DNA of 18,578 nucleotides from Chlamydiota bacterium (GCA_016196885.1 JACPWU010000001.1:1-18578), one strand, 5' to 3'. Shown: positions 1 through 7,869, counted from the stretch's first letter. Numbers and translations: made by a program. The notes: generated by a model from the letters alone, not told the origin.

Positions 1-680
1 CTGATTCCAATTTCTCTGGCAAGATTTGCGACAACGCCGAGAGATCCCTGGTTTTGCGCAAGCATGTATAGGAGGGAGTTGAAGGCGCGGACATTTTCTT
101 CCTGGATCAACGCTTTGATGTCTTTGGTTAGGTAAGTGCTTACAATGTTGTCCAGGAGTTCTGCTTTTGACGGGAGTGAGTTTCGATGGATTAGTCCTGG
201 CATGCCACCCCACTGGCAGTAAGTCTCTAGTTTAAATGAAGGAATTTGTTGGAGTTCTTCGAAAGAAAGGGGATAAATCATGGTTTTCTTAAAACGTCCA
301 ACCAGACTTTCTTTTAGGTGTTTATGAATTTCAATCGAAGAAGATCCTGATGCAAATATTTTTACCTTGGAGTTGCTGTCATATATGGCCTTAAAAATTT
401 TAAAGGCATTTTTCAAATAATGAAACTCATCGATGAATACGATTTGAGCCGCTGAGGAAAGTTTTTCAAAAATCTCCTTCTCGTTTCCAGCCAGTTTTTC
501 AAGATCCGAAGCGAGTTCTAAATTGTAAAATTGGGTCGAATATCCCTTTCCTTTTGCTTCTTTTTCAAGTTGTTTGAGAAGAGTAGATTTACCCACTTGA
601 CGCGCTCCAAGCAGGACGGAGATTTCTGGTTCTGAGATTTCATGCTGTAACTGGTTGAAGGCACGTCGCTTAATTTCCAT
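1..680 (-). CDS. AAA+ ATPase, DUF4143-type ATP-binding protein (5' part; gene runs off the left edge)
   Basis: Not in the ORF track because there is no stop in the window. Hand translation from ATG (complement of 678-680) gives MEIKRRAFNQLQHEISEPEISVLLGARQVGKSTLLKQLEKEAKGKGYSTQFYNLE...AQIVFIDEFHYLKN... It has a Walker A (GARQVGKST) and a Walker B-like motif (VFIDEF). The frame stays open to position 1. Confidence 0.75.
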   Translation of the reverse strand, partial: MEIKRRAFNQLQHEISEPEISVLLGARQVGKSTLLKQLEKEAKGKGYSTQFYNLELASDLEKLAGNEKEIFEKLSSAAQIVFIDEFHYLKNAFKIFKAIYDSNSKVKIFASGSSSIEIHKHLKESLVGRFKKTMIYPLSFEELQQIPSFKLETYCQWGGMPGLIHRNSLPSKAELLDNIVSTYLTKDIKALIQEENVRAFNSLLYMLAQNQGSLGVVANLAREIGI

Positions 681-750
681 GGAACCATTCTAGCATGGGG
701 TGATGGAATAGTTCCAGTTGATTTTTACAGGTATTTTCTCTGATAAGTGT

Positions 751-780
751 TTGACATAACATTTTGATAGAACGTATGAT
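751..780 (+). promoter_or_regulatory. candidate sigma70-type promoter for mazG (TTGACA-N18-TATGAT)
   Basis: Perfect -35 TTGACA at 751-756 and a 5/6 -10 TATGAT at 775-780, about 40 bp upstream of the mazG ATG at 819. Sequence inspection only. Confidence 0.35.
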
Positions 781-818
781 GTGTAGAAATAAACAATTTG
801 TTCAGTCGAGTGAATAAA

Positions 819-1622
819 ATGCAAAAAAACAGGAAGGCCAAAAATTGGGTTTTAGAGTTGGAAGAAATTATGTCCCGTTTGAGAGCGAAAGGGGGGTGCC
901 CCTGGGATCGGGAGCAGACGCATGAAACGCTTAAGAAGTATTTAATTGAGGAGGCGTATGAATTAATGGATGCCATTGATGATCAGGATACGCATGCGAT
1001 GGCAGATGAATTGGGGGATGTTCTTTTACAAGTGGTTTTCCATTCTCAAATGGCCAAGGAAAAGAAGAAATTTGATTTACAGAAAGTGGCCAGGCTTTGC
1101 TGTGAAAAACTGATACGTCGACACCCACACGTTTTTGGAGATGTGAAGATTAAAGATTCATCGGGAGTCAAGAAACAGTGGGAAGAGATTAAGAAGAAGG
1201 AAAAAAGTGGGCTGTTGCGTTCATCTCTTTTGGATGGGATTCCTAGGTATCTTCCTGCCTTGAGTCAGGCAGAAAAAATTCAAAAGAAAGCAGCAAAAGT
1301 GGGTTTTGATTGGAGAGAGGTGGATGCAGTGGTGGCAAAAGTAGAAGAAGAATTTCAGGAGGTAAAAGAAGAATTGAAGCGAGGGAATAAGAAGGCGATT
1401 CGAGAAGAGATTGGGGATTTGCTTTTTTCAGTGGTGAATTTATGCCGCTTTCATGAAGAATCTCCTGAAGAAGTTTTACGCGATACGGTGAAGAAATTTT
1501 ACAAGCGGTTTGGATTTATTGAGCAAGAAGCGAAAAAAACGGGAAAGAAAGTAGAAGAATGCTCGTTAGAGCAACTTGAGAAGTGGTGGGGGAAGGCTAA
1601 GAAAAAAGGTTCAAAAGTTTAA
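819..1622 (+). CDS. mazG: nucleoside triphosphate pyrophosphohydrolase MazG
   Basis: ORF 798..1622. Hallmark MazG sequence is GGCPWDREQTHETLKKYLIEEAYELMDAI...ELGDVLLQVVFH, with a second EEIGDLLFSVVNL repeat. The longest ORF starts at TTG 798, and the first ATG at 819 is the more likely start. Confidence 0.9.
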   Translation: MQKNRKAKNWVLELEEIMSRLRAKGGCPWDREQTHETLKKYLIEEAYELMDAIDDQDTHAMADELGDVLLQVVFHSQMAKEKKKFDLQKVARLCCEKLIRRHPHVFGDVKIKDSSGVKKQWEEIKKKEKSGLLRSSLLDGIPRYLPALSQAEKIQKKAAKVGFDWREVDAVVAKVEEEFQEVKEELKRGNKKAIREEIGDLLFSVVNLCRFHEESPEEVLRDTVKKFYKRFGFIEQEAKKTGKKVEECSLEQLEKWWGKAKKKGSKV

Positions 1623-1654
1623 AGGTTCAAAAGTTCAAAGGTTCAAAAGTTTTG
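1607..1654. repeat. 16-bp tandem repeat x3 (AGGTTCAAAAGTTYAA) between convergent mazG and UDG
   Basis: Copies at 1607-1622 AGGTTCAAAAGTTTAA, 1623-1638 AGGTTCAAAAGTTCAA and 1639-1654 AGGTTCAAAAGTTTTG. The repeat contains the stop codons and last codons of both flanking genes. Confidence 0.9.
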
Positions 1655-2286
1655 GACTCTTTCCCTTTTTGCAATCCCAAAAAATCCCTCAACTTTTTTA
1701 CATGCTTCCACATGGATTCTTTTTTACGGGGGTCGTAGAGCAGGTAAGCAGGGTGATAGAGAACCATGAACTGAATGCCTGGATAATTTGGATGAATAAA
1801 AAAATTTCCGGCTTCTTGCTCCATGGAAAAATTTTTCTTCTCCGGAATCATATGTTTGAGCGCGGTGGCTCCTAAAAGTAAAATGATTTTGGGTTTCACA
1901 AGCTCTATTTGGAGGTTTAAATAAGGACGACAGGTTTTAGCTTCTGCTTCTACAGGCGCCCTGTTATTGGGAGGACGACATTTCACTACATTGATAATAA
2001 TCATGTCTTTGTTGGTATCGAGGTTAATGGAGGCCATGATTTTATCTAACAACTGACCCGCTCGTCCGACAAAGGCTTTTCCTTGTAAATCTTCTTGTTC
2101 TCCAGGGGCTTCGCCGATGACTAAAATTTCAGTTTGGGGATTGCCTCGGTCAATGACGAGATGGGTTCTTCCCTCATGAAGACCACATTGGGTGCAGCCT
2201 ACCTCCAGAAATTTCTTGCGAAATTCCTCGTAAGAATTTGCGGCTAAAACGGTGTTTTGGGCTTGGTCAAAGAGGTCAAATTGCAT
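1627..2286 (-). CDS. uracil-DNA glycosylase, family 4 (Fe-S type)
   Basis: ORF 1627..2286. Motif A is GEAPGEQEDLQGKAFVGRAGQLL and motif B is HPAYLL. Cys residues (CTQCG, VKCRPP, KTCRPY) are typical of family-4 UDGs. Confidence 0.9.
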   Translation of the reverse strand: MQFDLFDQAQNTVLAANSYEEFRKKFLEVGCTQCGLHEGRTHLVIDRGNPQTEILVIGEAPGEQEDLQGKAFVGRAGQLLDKIMASINLDTNKDMIIINVVKCRPPNNRAPVEAEAKTCRPYLNLQIELVKPKIILLLGATALKHMIPEKKNFSMEQEAGNFFIHPNYPGIQFMVLYHPAYLLYDPRKKESMWKHVKKLRDFLGLQKGKESKTFEPLNF

Positions 2287-2292
2287 GGGAAA

Positions 2293-2334
2293 AGCGTACA
2301 GCGTTTAGCGTTCAGCGTACAGAAAAAAATAATA
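2293..2334. repeat. heptanucleotide array AGCGTNN x4 + A7-TAATA tail
   Basis: AGCGTAC AGCGTTT AGCGTTC AGCGTAC AG AAAAAAA TAATA. It starts 7 nt from the UDG start codon. Related arrays lie at 7770 and 8538. Confidence 0.85.
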
Positions 2335-2377
2335 GGCATATGCACTCGATATCTTGGGTTCAAGACGTTAAGGAAAG

Positions 2378-2436
2378 TTGTAGTCGCCCCATTTATGGGG
2401 CATGCATGGATTGCCCGATAAATCGGGCGACTACAA
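2378..2436. repeat. REPIN-like inverted doublet of GTAG-headed palindromic units (copy A)
   Basis: Left unit TTGTAGTCGCCCCATTTATGGGGC (2378-2401), 11-nt spacer, right unit GCCCGATAAATCGGGCGACTACAA (2413-2436). Each unit is itself a hairpin, and the same doublet recurs at 12822 and 17896. Confidence 0.8.
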
Positions 2437-2447
2437 GTGCAAAAAGC

Positions 2448-3566
2448 TTAGCTCTCAAGCAGTTTTAGGATGCTTTTGGGTTCGAGGGGGGCGTGGAGGG
2501 TTTCTAAATTTTCTTTGAGGTGTTCATGCAATTTCATGCCGACCAGGGCAACAGTGATTCCGGGAGTGGAGCGGACAAATTGAATGGCTTTTTGGGCAGG
2601 GGTGGGAAGGGTGTCGAATAATTCCTGAATGGAATGGGGGATTGCCTGTGAAAGTCTTCCTTGAAAGAGAGAGGCGCTGGACATGACCATCATCCCCAGT
2701 GATTTTGCAGCTCCGAGAATGGAAATCCAAAGGCCATTTAATTCTTGATTTCTGTGAACGGAGGCTTCGGGGAGGATGAGATTGTAGGGGAGTTCTAGGG
2801 CTTTGAAATGATGGTTTTCTCCGGCAAGGTCTTTCGCGATTTGGATCAATTCCATTAAACTGAGATAGTCTTGCGATTTTGGATTGGCTCGGAAACCGTT
2901 CCATGTGGCCAGGCCATAATATTGAATTTTTCCTCTTTCGACATTTTCTTCTAATTGCTTAAAGGCAGACTCAATTCTTTTGTAAAATTGACTCCGAGAA
3001 ATGGCGCTCAATTGAATTTCAGGATTGTGGAGGTAATAGATGTCAGCGGTTTTCAATTGGAGGTTGGCCAGACTGGTATCAATCTGGTTTTGAATGTAGC
3101 GAGGGCTCATGCAATGACATTCTTCGACCAGTTCTTCTTCGAAAGCCAAGCCTTGTTCCACAAAGTTTTTCCGAAAATAGGCGACAGGGTCTTGGGGTGG
3201 ATGTTGATCGAAGGGAAGAAATCCTCCCTTGGTTGAAATCAGGATTTCTTCACGTCGAATTTTCCCTTGAGAGGAGAGGTACGTGAGGGCTTTTCCAATC
3301 GCTCGTTCGGACCTTTGAAAGCGGTAATTGATGGCGGTGTCAATGACATTGATGCCATTCGCAGTCGCTTCCTGAACTATTTTTTCAACTCTTTGATCTG
3401 TTTCAGTGTCTGCTTCACCCAGGTAAGTCCCTAATCCTAAGGAAGAGAGAAAGAGGGGAGGGAGAGGGGAAGCGAGTTTGCGAAAATGATCCGGATGCAT
3501 TTTTTTCTGAAATTTATCCCGGTATTTTTGAGTGCCTTCAGGCGTGGCAAATCCAACGATGTTCAT
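2448..3566 (-). CDS. aldo/keto reductase family oxidoreductase
   Basis: ORF 2448..3566. AKR-like segments include GLGTYLG...INVIDTAINYRFQRSERAIGKAL...ISTKGG...YYLHNPE. Confidence 0.85.
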   Translation of the reverse strand: MNIVGFATPEGTQKYRDKFQKKMHPDHFRKLASPLPPLFLSSLGLGTYLGEADTETDQRVEKIVQEATANGINVIDTAINYRFQRSERAIGKALTYLSSQGKIRREEILISTKGGFLPFDQHPPQDPVAYFRKNFVEQGLAFEEELVEECHCMSPRYIQNQIDTSLANLQLKTADIYYLHNPEIQLSAISRSQFYKRIESAFKQLEENVERGKIQYYGLATWNGFRANPKSQDYLSLMELIQIAKDLAGENHHFKALELPYNLILPEASVHRNQELNGLWISILGAAKSLGMMVMSSASLFQGRLSQAIPHSIQELFDTLPTPAQKAIQFVRSTPGITVALVGMKLHEHLKENLETLHAPLEPKSILKLLES

Positions 3567-3627
3567 ACAGGTTGTCCATTCAGTTTTAAATAGTATATCA
3601 TGATTGCTTTTAACCTTGGGGGTGTTG

Positions 3628-4068
3628 ATGCAATCTCAGTGGAAAGGGCCGTATCAATTTTATCAATGTCCAAGGGCGTGTCCTTCTTGCGGGCATGGAT
3701 TGGTGAGTTCAAAACGGCTGGATTGGCATATCCTGAAAAAGATTTACCATGATTTAGGCGAGACCTGTCATTGTGTGTCTTGCAATATCCGTTTTCGAGC
3801 TTTTGGGACGGTGTCTTTTCTTAAGATTTTTATTCTTGTGGCGATTTGGAGTTTTCTGGGATGTGCTGTGATTCTCTTTCTTGCTTTTTGGATTTTTAAG
3901 GTGCTGTGGATCCAATGGAGTGGGGTCGCTCTTTTTCTCTTGTATTTGGCGCGTGCACATCGGATTTTATTTTCCACGGCAGCAAGGCTGTGGTGGAAAG
4001 AGACAAGGCTTGAGAGAATACTGCTTTATGAGGGTGAGATCCCTCGTCGCCAAGACTCCTCGGGATGA
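3628..4068 (+). CDS. hypothetical membrane protein with N-terminal Cys4 zinc-ribbon-like motif
   Basis: ORF 3604..4068, where the TTG is the longest start. The ATG at 3628 is preceded by GGGGG at SD distance. It has CPRACPSCG...CHCVSCN followed by hydrophobic helices (FLKIFILVAIWSFLGCAVILFLAFWIF, VALFLLYLA). A strong terminator overlaps the stop. I recognised no family. Confidence 0.5.
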   Translation: MQSQWKGPYQFYQCPRACPSCGHGLVSSKRLDWHILKKIYHDLGETCHCVSCNIRFRAFGTVSFLKIFILVAIWSFLGCAVILFLAFWIFKVLWIQWSGVALFLLYLARAHRILFSTAARLWWKETRLERILLYEGEIPRRQDSSG

Positions 4069-4107
4069 CCCAGGCTGTCCTATTCGGACAGCCTGGGTCA
4101 TTTTTTT
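4065..4107 (+). terminator. rho-independent terminator
   Basis: Perfect 16-bp stem ATGACCCAGGCTGTCC / GGACAGCCTGGGTCAT (4065-4080 / 4086-4101), loop TATTC, then a T7 run (4101-4107). Confidence 0.85.
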
Positions 4108-4108
4108 C

Positions 4109-4137
4109 TTGATTTGAAAAGGCTTTTTCAATACCCT
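4109..4137 (+). promoter_or_regulatory. candidate promoter for the aldolase-OFOR operon (TTGATT-N17-TACCCT)
   Basis: -35-like TTGATT at 4109-4114, 17-nt spacer, -10-like TACCCT at 4132-4137, directly after the terminator. This is a weak call. Confidence 0.25.
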
Positions 4138-4174
4138 GAAGGCCAGGTTTTTTTGGACGAGGGAGGAAGTGAGT

Positions 4175-5128
4175 ATGATGACAGAAGTGAATGACAAAGT
4201 TGCTCAAGCCAAGGGAGTTGGGAAAAAGGGATCTTGGCTTTCTTTGGAAGATATGGATTTACCCACCGGTAAAAAGGTGCGGTTGCATCGTTTGCTTTAT
4301 GAACACGGTCCCAAAAATGGGACTTTGATGGTATTGCCCATTGATCAGGGTCTGGAACATGGTCCCCGTGATTTTGCGACTAATCCTCCGAGTGCGGATC
4401 CAGAATTTCAGTACCGTTTGGCCCTTGAAGGAGGCTACTGTGCCATCGCAGTTCAGGTCGGCTTGGCTGAGAAATATCAGAATAAATATGCTGGAAAAGT
4501 TCCCCTTATTTTAAAATTGAATGGTAAAACAGAAGTTCCTCCGGATGATGAGGCCTTTAGCCCTCTCAACGCCTCTGTGGAAGATGCGGTGCGGTTGGGA
4601 GCAGATGCGGTGGGCTATACTATATATGTAGGGTCTCCCTCCCAAGATCGAGATTTTGCTCAGTTTCGAGGGGTGCGCCAAGATGCCCAGCGTTATGGGA
4701 TTCCTGTGATTGTGTGGGCCTACCCCCGCGGTCGAGAAATGGATAGGGACAAGGGGGGGCGTGAGAGTATTTATGCGGTGGATTATGCGGCCCGCGTGGC
4801 TTGTGAATTGGGGGCCGATGTGGTGAAGGTGAATTTTCCTAAAATTGATGAGAAAAAGCAGGCCCAGTATCCCAAGCCGTATGACACGATGAAGGCAACA
4901 GAGTTGGAATTGATGAAGAAGGTGGTCGAGTCGGCAGGCAAGACTTTGGTCCTTTTGTCTGGCGGAAGCAAGGTGGGAGACGAAGAGCTTTTGCGCAAAA
5001 TTAAAGTCGCCATGGATGCAGGGGTGGTAGGTATTATCTTTGGCCGCAACATGTGGCAGAGAAAATATGAAGATGCCATTCGAGCTTCGAAGAAAGTGAC
5101 GGAACTTTTAAAGGGGTATGCGAGATAG
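4175..5128 (+). CDS. fbaB: class I fructose-bisphosphate aldolase, DhnA/FbaB family
   Basis: ORF 4169..5128. The ATG at 4175 follows SD GGGAGG (4161-4166). It is collinear with the E. coli FbaB motifs I recall: LPIDQGLEHGP, LKLN, VGYTIYVGS, VIVWAYPRG, DVVKV, LSGGSK, GIIFGRNMWQR. The related ADH-synthase (AroA') activity cannot be excluded. Confidence 0.8.
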   Translation: MMTEVNDKVAQAKGVGKKGSWLSLEDMDLPTGKKVRLHRLLYEHGPKNGTLMVLPIDQGLEHGPRDFATNPPSADPEFQYRLALEGGYCAIAVQVGLAEKYQNKYAGKVPLILKLNGKTEVPPDDEAFSPLNASVEDAVRLGADAVGYTIYVGSPSQDRDFAQFRGVRQDAQRYGIPVIVWAYPRGREMDRDKGGRESIYAVDYAARVACELGADVVKVNFPKIDEKKQAQYPKPYDTMKATELELMKKVVESAGKTLVLLSGGSKVGDEELLRKIKVAMDAGVVGIIFGRNMWQRKYEDAIRASKKVTELLKGYAR

Positions 5129-5137
5129 GAGTTTTCA

Positions 5138-6901
5138 ATGTTAGAACATGAGATTACAGTAGGAATTGGGGGGGCGGCGGGTGATGGAATTGCTTCAACA
5201 GGAGATACACTTTCTAAGAGTTTTTCTCGTGCGGGCATAGATATTTATGTCTATAACAGCTATCAGTCTGTGATTCGAGGGGGTCACGTGTGGTTGAGGC
5301 TTCGAGCCTCCCAAGAGAAGGTGTCTAATCATGGGGATCATCTGGATGTTGTGATTGCCCTCAATCAAGATACGGTAGATCAGCATGCCTTAGAAGTAGA
5401 GCCCGGCGGTGGAATTATTTTTAATTCGGATCGTATCAAGATAGACGAGGCCCATCTTAAAGCGGGTGTTAAGGCTTTCCCCATTCCAGTTCTTGAACTT
5501 CTAAAATCTTTTCCTGACAAAAATCCCATTTATCAAAACATTATTGATTTGGGTGCTCTTTTGGCCTTAACCGGTATGGATTTTCAAGTGACGGCCGATT
5601 TGATCAAAGAAACCTTTGAAAAAAAGGGTGAGAAAGTCATTGAAACCAATATCAACATGCTCAAAATGGGCTATGACTATGCGAAGAAAAATTTTCAGCC
5701 CCTGAGAAAAGCGCTCAAAGGCGATTCTAAGAAACGCATGGTGACGACCGGCAATGAATTGATTGCCATTGGTGCAACGGCGGCCGGTTGCAAATTTTAC
5801 AGTGCCTATCCCATGACTCCTGCAACTTCTATTCTTCAGTGGATGGCCAATCGGGGCACCCAGTATGGTGTGGTTGTGAAACAGGCTGAGGATGAAATTT
5901 CAGTCGTTAACATGGCGATTGGTGCGGGTCATGTGGGTGTAAGGTCTATGTGTGGAACGTCGGGCGGTGGTTTTGCTCTCATGACGGAAGCGGTCGGTGC
6001 AGCTGCAATGACAGAGACGCCTGTTGTGATTGTGAATGTCATGCGAGGGGGTCCTTCTACAGGTCTTCCCACCAAAACAGAACAGGGCGATTTAAATCAA
6101 GTTCTCGGAGCTTCACAAGGTGATTTTCCTCGGGCCATTATTGCCCCTACCCATATTGTAGATTGTTACAATGTAGCGGTTGAGGCCCATAATTTGGCAG
6201 AAATTTATCAATGCCCTGTTTTGATTCTTTCAGATCTTTTGGTTTCGGAACATCATGAAACGGTTTATCTGGATGATATTAAATTTGATGTTCCCATTGA
6301 TCGAGGTCAGGTTGTTTCAAAGTGGGATGAGTCAAAGGGCCGCTTTAAGAGATATCAGTTTACAGAATCAGGCGTTTCTCCTCGAGCCTTGCCAGGTACA
6401 GAGGGTACCCTTTTTGTGGCTGCGACGGACGAGCATGACGAAGACGGAGTTTTGGTCAGCGATGTTTTCACCAATCCTGTCATTCGTAAGCAAATGATGG
6501 AAAAGAGAATGAGAAAGCTGGATGAAATTGTAAAGCGCTTTCCCCTTCCCAAAATTTGGGGTGCTCAAGATGCTGAGACTACCTTGATTGGATGGGGTGC
6601 CAGTGGCGGTGTTATTCAGGAAGCGATTTCGCTTTTAGCCAAGGAAGGAATTAAGGTCAATCACCTTCAGTTTAAATATTTGTATCCTTTCCCAGGAGAG
6701 GCTGTTTTAAAAATTTTGGAGAAATTAAAAACCACCTATATTGTGGAAGCAAATTATACCGGGCAGTTCGCTCGCTATTTAAGGGGAGAAACAGGTTTTA
6801 AACCCACCGGACAGATTTTAAAATATGATGGTGAGCCCTTTGAGCCTCTACATATTGTAAAAGAAGTAAAGGAGAAGAAAGCTTATGCCAGAAGTCGCTG
6901 A
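5138..6901 (+). CDS. korA: 2-oxoacid:ferredoxin oxidoreductase, alpha subunit (fused gamma+alpha domains, KorA-like)
   Basis: ORF 5138..6901 with SD AGGAG upstream. The N-terminal gamma-like domain is GIGGAAGDGIASTGD...SVIRGGH, followed by an alpha domain (FYSAYPMTPATSI, GTSGGGFALMTEA, GPSTGLPTKTEQGDL). Substrate (2-oxoglutarate, pyruvate or broad) cannot be determined from sequence. Confidence 0.9.
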   Translation: MLEHEITVGIGGAAGDGIASTGDTLSKSFSRAGIDIYVYNSYQSVIRGGHVWLRLRASQEKVSNHGDHLDVVIALNQDTVDQHALEVEPGGGIIFNSDRIKIDEAHLKAGVKAFPIPVLELLKSFPDKNPIYQNIIDLGALLALTGMDFQVTADLIKETFEKKGEKVIETNINMLKMGYDYAKKNFQPLRKALKGDSKKRMVTTGNELIAIGATAAGCKFYSAYPMTPATSILQWMANRGTQYGVVVKQAEDEISVVNMAIGAGHVGVRSMCGTSGGGFALMTEAVGAAAMTETPVVIVNVMRGGPSTGLPTKTEQGDLNQVLGASQGDFPRAIIAPTHIVDCYNVAVEAHNLAEIYQCPVLILSDLLVSEHHETVYLDDIKFDVPIDRGQVVSKWDESKGRFKRYQFTESGVSPRALPGTEGTLFVAATDEHDEDGVLVSDVFTNPVIRKQMMEKRMRKLDEIVKRFPLPKIWGAQDAETTLIGWGASGGVIQEAISLLAKEGIKVNHLQFKYLYPFPGEAVLKILEKLKTTYIVEANYTGQFARYLRGETGFKPTGQILKYDGEPFEPLHIVKEVKEKKAYARSR

Positions 6902-7766
6902 ACTTCCCGTATCCCTTTATAAAAGCGAGACCAAGCCGGATTGGTGTCCGGGTTGCGGAGACTATGGTGTTTTGAATTGTCTTCAAAAAGCGGTTTCTAA
7001 ATTGGGGATTTATCCAAAAGATCTTTTGATTGTTTCTGGCATTGGATGTTCCTCCAATTTACCAGGTTTTATTCATACGTATGGTTTTCACAGCCTTCAT
7101 GGCCGTGCGGTTCCTGTCGCAACGGGTGCAAAGCTGGCAAACCCGGATTTAAATGTTGTCATCACAGGCGGTGACGGAGATGCCTATGGTATTGGTTTGG
7201 GGCACTTTTTGCATGTGGCTCGAAGAAATATCAATTTGACTTACATTGTGATGGATAATCAAATCTATGGATTAACCACAGGTCAGGCTTCTCCCACATC
7301 CCGAAAGGGACATAAGACAAAATCTACACCTGCTGGCAATATTGAAACTCCTTTGAACCCATTGGCTTTGGCGATGATTTCAGGCGCTACTTTTGTGGCC
7401 CGTGGTTTCTCAGGGGATGCCAATCACCTTTCTGATATTATGGCTCAGGCGATTGCCCATAAGGGATTTTCTCTGGTGGATGTGTTCAGTCCTTGTGTCA
7501 CCTACAATAAGGTGAACACGTATCCTTGGTTCCGAGAAAATATTTACAAGCTTGAGGATGTAAAACACGACCGCAGTGATTATGAAGCAGCACTTAAGAG
7601 AGCCCACGAATGGGACACAAAGAAAATCCCAATTGGTGTTTTCTATCAAACCATTGCTCCAACTTATGAAGAGGAAGACGTCACTTTGAAGAATGTTCGT
7701 CCTCTCAAGCAGAAGTTGGGACTCACTTCCCAGCAGGCTCAAGAGATTTTGAAAGAGTTTATTTAA
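6885..7766 (+). CDS. korB: 2-oxoacid:ferredoxin oxidoreductase, beta subunit (TPP-binding, KorB-like)
   Basis: ORF 6885..7766. It overlaps korA by 17 nt and has SD AAGGAG. Motifs are CPGCGDYG, GIGCSS and the TPP motif GGDGDAYGIGLGHF...MDNQIYGLTTGQ. Confidence 0.9.
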   Translation: MPEVAELPVSLYKSETKPDWCPGCGDYGVLNCLQKAVSKLGIYPKDLLIVSGIGCSSNLPGFIHTYGFHSLHGRAVPVATGAKLANPDLNVVITGGDGDAYGIGLGHFLHVARRNINLTYIVMDNQIYGLTTGQASPTSRKGHKTKSTPAGNIETPLNPLALAMISGATFVARGFSGDANHLSDIMAQAIAHKGFSLVDVFSPCVTYNKVNTYPWFRENIYKLEDVKHDRSDYEAALKRAHEWDTKKIPIGVFYQTIAPTYEEEDVTLKNVRPLKQKLGLTSQQAQEILKEFI

Positions 7767-7769
7767 GTA

Positions 7770-7810
7770 AGCGTTTAGCGTACAGCGTTCAGCGGTCAGG
7801 AAAAACAAAT
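7770..7810. repeat. heptanucleotide array AGCGKNN x4 + A-rich tail
   Basis: AGCGTTT AGCGTAC AGCGTTC AGCGGTC AG G AAAAAACAAA. It starts 4 nt after the korB stop and uses the same unit set as 2293-2322 in a different order. Confidence 0.85.
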
Positions 7811-7869
7811 CGGCTCCTTTAACTGCCTGCCGCTATCGTCCTGGCTTCATACAAACTTCAACCTTCTCT

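Noticed and set aside
1991-2004. TTGAT-AATA-ATCAT, and likewise TTGAT-AAAA-ATCAT at 14325-14338: further Crp/Fnr-like cores.
   Set aside because: Both lie inside coding regions (UDG and the GNAT part of Pat) and have all-A/T spacers. They lack the extended TATGAT/ATCATA arms and have no -10 element at the right distance. They are best treated as chance matches in AT-rich DNA unless binding data say otherwise.
2378-2436. Integron attC-like recombination site (imperfect inverted repeat).
   Set aside because: The ends do not match the RYYYAAC / GTTRRRY core sites. No integrase or cassette structure is nearby, and the GTAG-plus-palindrome layout fits REP/REPIN elements better.
2524-2904. Track ORFs such as 2524..2904(-), 1576..1875(+), 2955..3236(+), 4783..5238(-), 7410..7808(-), 8142..8378(-), 10269..10583(-), 11530..12033(+), 15102..16638(+), 16896..17084(+), 17963..18160(+) and 18060..18497(-).
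   Set aside because: All of them overlap, antisense or out of frame, much longer ORFs that carry clear family motifs. Their translations are low-complexity or Arg/Ser/Pro-rich shadow-frame products with no SD and no recognisable domain.
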